From NCBI GenBank assembly GCA_024650005.2, contig CP122380.1, positions 576,001-640,000 on the forward strand: a DNA stretch of 64,000 bases. The letters are read 5' to 3'. How positions within the stretch are numbered: position 1 is the stretch's first letter; every line of letters starts with the position of its first letter. Both the position numbers and the translations under genes were made by a program. This DNA comes from Candidatus Bathyarchaeum tardum. GTDB lineage: Archaea; Thermoproteota; Bathyarchaeia; Bathyarchaeales; Bathyarchaeaceae. The notes under the pieces are model-generated. The model saw nothing but the letters and a program-made list of their open reading frames with translations. It did not search any database and was not told the DNA's origin. Shown here one piece after another: positions 60,849 to 64,000 of the stretch.

Positions 60849-61061
60849 ATGGAAAGCGCTTTAATTGTTGCTTTAGTATCGGCTGTCTTGGCTATTGTTT
60901 CTGTGTGTTTTGGAACGAAATATCGGAAATTGTTAGCTAAAGCTAGGCTCTTCACTAATCTTCTTAATAAAATCATTTCTGCTGTTGAAGATGACAACAT
61001 CTCAGGAGAGGAATTACAGCAGCTCATTACAACATCAAAAGAGTTGATGGAATCCAACTAG
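60849..61061 (+). CDS. Small membrane protein (holin-like candidate)
   Basis: N-terminal TM; AVEDDNISGEE acidic motif. Confidence 0.5.
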   Translation: MESALIVALVSAVLAIVSVCFGTKYRKLLAKARLFTNLLNKIISAVEDDNISGEELQQLITTSKELMESN

Positions 61062-61075
61062 TAGGTGAGTGATGC

Positions 61076-61438
61076 TTGGCTTCTGTGACTGCTGACCGTG
61101 TAAGAGATCGGGTTAACTTGTCTGCTTCGGATATTCCTGATGCTAAGGTTTTAGAGTTTATTGCAGATGCTGAAGTCGAGGTAGAACTAGAAACTGACTT
61201 GGAAATTGATTACTCAAACTGTACTCCTGGACAAGCAGCTTGCATTACGGACCTTGCAGCACTTTATTGTCTTGCTTACATCACTGGGGGTTCGGCTTCT
61301 GGTACTAGTTTTAGTATTGGAGATTTGAGTGTCAAAGAAGTTTCTGGAGGTAATGAAGGACATTCTCCTGCTTTCTTGCATCAACGTGTTTTGAAACTGC
61401 TTGACAAATTGAAGGGCAGTTCTTTGAAGGTGTCCTAA
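61076..61438 (+). CDS. Head-tail connector/adaptor protein
   Basis: 120 aa helical protein (VT.D.VR..., FI.DA..EV, SFSIGDLSV) positioned after the MCP. Confidence 0.65.
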   Translation: MASVTADRVRDRVNLSASDIPDAKVLEFIADAEVEVELETDLEIDYSNCTPGQAACITDLAALYCLAYITGGSASGTSFSIGDLSVKEVSGGNEGHSPAFLHQRVLKLLDKLKGSSLKVS

Positions 61439-62848
61439 ATGACTGTGCTTCAAGATTATGCTGATTTCATCCTTGAGTATGCACCTTATTTTTACTATAC
61501 TCCTGGCATTGGCGTGGATCCTGTGTGGGGAAAAGGACCAGCTGCTGCAGGTCATTCGATTGATTTTTTGGTTTTGTGTCATGCTGATTCACAGTTTGCT
61601 AGTATGCAGTCGACCATTTACGACAAGATTGTAGAGTTAGCGGATTTTCTTGTTTCGATTCAATGTACTAACAACACAAAGAAGGCCTACGGGGGTTTTC
61701 AAAGCAAAGAGGGAAGCGACTATTACTATTCGATTGATGCTCACCGTTCAATTCCTGCTCTTTTGAAGGCCTACGATTTGACGGGAAACGTGGATTACTA
61801 CAACGCTGCAGTGCTGGCTGGAGATTATCTTTACACTATGCAGCATCCGCCAATTCCAACTGTTCATGACCAGTACTATGGAGGTTTTGCTCAGTTCGTT
61901 AACATCGACGACCAATGGGGCGCGAATATGTGGGTTGTTGATCTGTACGGAATAATGGGTTTGAAAGAAATCTACACCCGGACAGGTGACGCCAAATATC
62001 AAACAATTTTGGATGAAGCTTTAGCCTTTTATCGTCAAGGAATAATCGACTTGTGGCTTTATTATACACCTCTTCCTAGTGGAAATGGGGCGTGGCATCG
62101 AGCTCCCGGAACACCGCCTGAAAATCTGATTTTTGATGACGATTTCAGTTATGCCCTTCATAGTTTGTACCAGTATGAGGGCTGGAGTGAAACAGTTGAA
62201 AAGGTGTTTCGACACTGCAGTGAGATTGAACCAACGATAGATCACCCTGCTTATCAGCCTGCAGTTGGTTGGCCGGGTTACTTGGATGTAATTAACCGAA
62301 AGCCCGATTGTGATTACTACGATGCTGTGACGTCGGGAATCTTGGCTTTAGTGTTACGCAAAAACCATGATGGCATCATGTATGAGTATGCCAAGAAAAT
62401 CATTGAACGGCATCCAGATTCTTTCATGTATTGGGGTCCACAATTTTCGGATTATTCACCTGTGGAAGACAAGAAAGCTACTGTAACGGTTTCTTGGCTG
62501 GGGATGTATCTTGTTGAGTATTCACCTATTTCAAACAAGTTCACGCAGATTCTTAATGCTCATGGGGAAACTGTAACTTTCTATTCGGTGATTTCTGGAG
62601 AAACCGAGTCCTTTGCTGAAGGTATCGAAATTAAGGCGATTGTTAGGCCTACAGAGTCAAAAGAAATTTTCTTGGAAGCAGGTTACACAGTAGACGATTA
62701 CAAGACTTTCTATGTTTTTTCTCCTGTTAGGCATCATGACAAGTTGGTCCACAAATCAATTCCTTACACTGCTATTGGGGTTCAGGATTTCAATTTTCAA
62801 AAGGACACATTGTATTTGAAAGTGCTGTGCAGGAGGTTGCTCGAGTAA
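61439..62848 (+). CDS. (alpha/alpha)-barrel glycosidase-like domain fused to head-closure-like domain
   Basis: YGGF and ALLKAYDLTGN..Y..AA..AGDYL helical repeats; C-terminal ~105 aa beta domain (GETVTF, IKAIV, DKL, YLKV.CRR). Confidence 0.6.
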   Translation: MTVLQDYADFILEYAPYFYYTPGIGVDPVWGKGPAAAGHSIDFLVLCHADSQFASMQSTIYDKIVELADFLVSIQCTNNTKKAYGGFQSKEGSDYYYSIDAHRSIPALLKAYDLTGNVDYYNAAVLAGDYLYTMQHPPIPTVHDQYYGGFAQFVNIDDQWGANMWVVDLYGIMGLKEIYTRTGDAKYQTILDEALAFYRQGIIDLWLYYTPLPSGNGAWHRAPGTPPENLIFDDDFSYALHSLYQYEGWSETVEKVFRHCSEIEPTIDHPAYQPAVGWPGYLDVINRKPDCDYYDAVTSGILALVLRKNHDGIMYEYAKKIIERHPDSFMYWGPQFSDYSPVEDKKATVTVSWLGMYLVEYSPISNKFTQILNAHGETVTFYSVISGETESFAEGIEIKAIVRPTESKEIFLEAGYTVDDYKTFYVFSPVRHHDKLVHKSIPYTAIGVQDFNFQKDTLYLKVLCRRLLE

Positions 62849-63828
62849 TGGCAACTGTAGAGGATTCCGTGTTAACGGTTATTCGTCTCCTGGACAATAA
62901 CATGAAGCTTGCAAAAGCAGACGGCAATATTGGTTCTGTTTACGTGAGTGAAGAATGGTACAACCGAACGGTTATGAAAAATCATGATGCTCAGGTGACA
63001 GTTGGCCTTGCAAACAGCACACATCGAAAGCTTGGCTTTTCTGCTACTTTACGTTTGGATGTGGGTTTGCTTCGTGTGATTTTGTGGGTTATCAACAAAT
63101 CAGGTTCTGAAGAATCGCCTAGGGCTATTCGGGATAAGATGCGAAAGGAAATAAAGCGGATTATTGCCGAGAAACGAACTAAGCCCAACATTACGGAATA
63201 TTCGTTCTGGAACCTTGGTACTACTAGCAAAACTCACAAAGCCTATGAAGTAGCTGCTGATGCTGAATTAGCCCCAGATAATGAGAACTGGGATGAAATT
63301 GAAGGCGAAGGCTATAACAAAATTTGGGTTAGTGACGACGATAGACACTCCATTTCTGCAGATGAGAATTTGGATTATGGCCTGATCCTTTTTAGGTTCA
63401 AAGTAGGTGCTGAATCAAACGTCCTTACAAATCTGGAGTTTGCCTTTGAGGGTTACGGAACTGCTCCTGGGGGAAATGGCGCCACTATCAAAGTTTGGAA
63501 TTTCAGTTCTTCTTCTTGGGAAAATGCTCAATCAGGAACTGCTGGCACTGATGAAACGCTTACAATTGCGTTGTCTTCTGGCTTTTCGGATTTGATTGAT
63601 TCTAACGGTTACGTGTATTTGCTTGCTCGAACAACGAATCCGAGCAATGGCTCTACTGATGCGGTGCTTCATTGTGATTTTGTGAAATGCGCTGCCACAG
63701 TTCAGGGCATTCATTACGTTGATGTTGTTTCTTTTGGGGATTCGGACGACGTTGAAGTAAATCCCGTTATTTGGAGGACAGATTTTGTTCTCAAAACTTG
63801 GTTGTTTGAAAATATTCCTGTTACTTGA
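62848..63828 (+). CDS. Tail completion-like protein with inserted beta-sandwich domain
   Basis: TAATG coupling at 62846-62850; directly before the tail tube gene; insert with FEGYG...IKVWN....W, YVYLLA. Confidence 0.55.
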   Translation: MATVEDSVLTVIRLLDNNMKLAKADGNIGSVYVSEEWYNRTVMKNHDAQVTVGLANSTHRKLGFSATLRLDVGLLRVILWVINKSGSEESPRAIRDKMRKEIKRIIAEKRTKPNITEYSFWNLGTTSKTHKAYEVAADAELAPDNENWDEIEGEGYNKIWVSDDDRHSISADENLDYGLILFRFKVGAESNVLTNLEFAFEGYGTAPGGNGATIKVWNFSSSSWENAQSGTAGTDETLTIALSSGFSDLIDSNGYVYLLARTTNPSNGSTDAVLHCDFVKCAATVQGIHYVDVVSFGDSDDVEVNPVIWRTDFVLKTWLFENIPVT

Positions 63829-63846
63829 AAAATGGAGAAATGAAAA

Positions 63847-64000
63847 ATGAGTGAACCATACGGATCGTATGAAGCTGGAGTAGCATACATCGGTGAGTCA
63901 GTATATGGAGAAACTCCTGCATCGCCTGCAATGGTTTCGATTTTGACTGCTGAAAACGTGGAACCTACTGTAAATCCTAGTTTGCTTAAGATTCGGGGCA
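63847..64000 (+). CDS. Tail tube protein, N-terminal fragment (cut by the window end)
   Basis: Translated by hand: MSEPYGSYEAGVAYIGESVYGETPASPAM...; E..YG.TP motif typical of siphovirus-like tube proteins. Confidence 0.7.
   Translation, partial: MSEPYGSYEAGVAYIGESVYGETPASPAMVSILTAENVEPTVNPSLLKIRG

Larger units (their letters stand above)
44300..64000. mobile_element. Head-tail (HK97-type, Caudoviricetes-like) provirus-like element; left border approximate, continues past the window end
   Basis: Portal, prohead protease, decoration, major capsid, neck and tail tube genes, plus wHTH regulators and defence cargo; no att site identified. Confidence 0.85.

Noticed and set aside
11773-63714. Numerous antisense or overlapping ORFs in the six-frame track
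   Set aside because: Shadows of well-supported genes, with no motifs of their own
1-64000. CRISPR array, rRNA, IS element, reverse transcriptase/DGR
   Set aside because: No regularly spaced repeats, rRNA-like tracts, transposase or RT motifs were seen by eye

Overview
Archaeal genomic window. Gene content and protein style suggest the TACK group, probably Bathyarchaeia; this is an inference, not a search result. 1-43 kb is chromosomal: tRNA-Ala and tRNA-His, rdgB-rps15-DHH-pcc1, kae1-bud32, TFE-beta, rlmE, a proteasome beta subunit, larBCE, pfkA, a sulfur-transport/rhodanese cluster, ion transporters and glycogen genes. A ~4.8 kb accessory island at 6.6-11.4 kb holds two gene pairs, each behind a copy of the same ~460 bp promoter plus structured leader. 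Pair 1 is a secreted caspase-fold-like protein with a membrane-anchored PepSY-like protein. Pair 2 is a secreted rhodanese-fused precursor ending in a halocin-C8-like 10-Cys peptide, followed by a 4-TM candidate immunity protein. This candidate archaeocin system is the most novel-looking feature. From ~43-44 kb to the window end lies a head-tail (HK97-type) provirus-like element. It carries wHTH genes, a divergent TBP, a PLD-helicase/MTase/PUA defence cassette, a portal transcribed away from the protease-decoration-capsid-neck-tail operon, and neck proteins fused to glycan-active domains. No terminase or integrase is visible in the window. All protein calls come from motif recognition by eye; no database searches were run.
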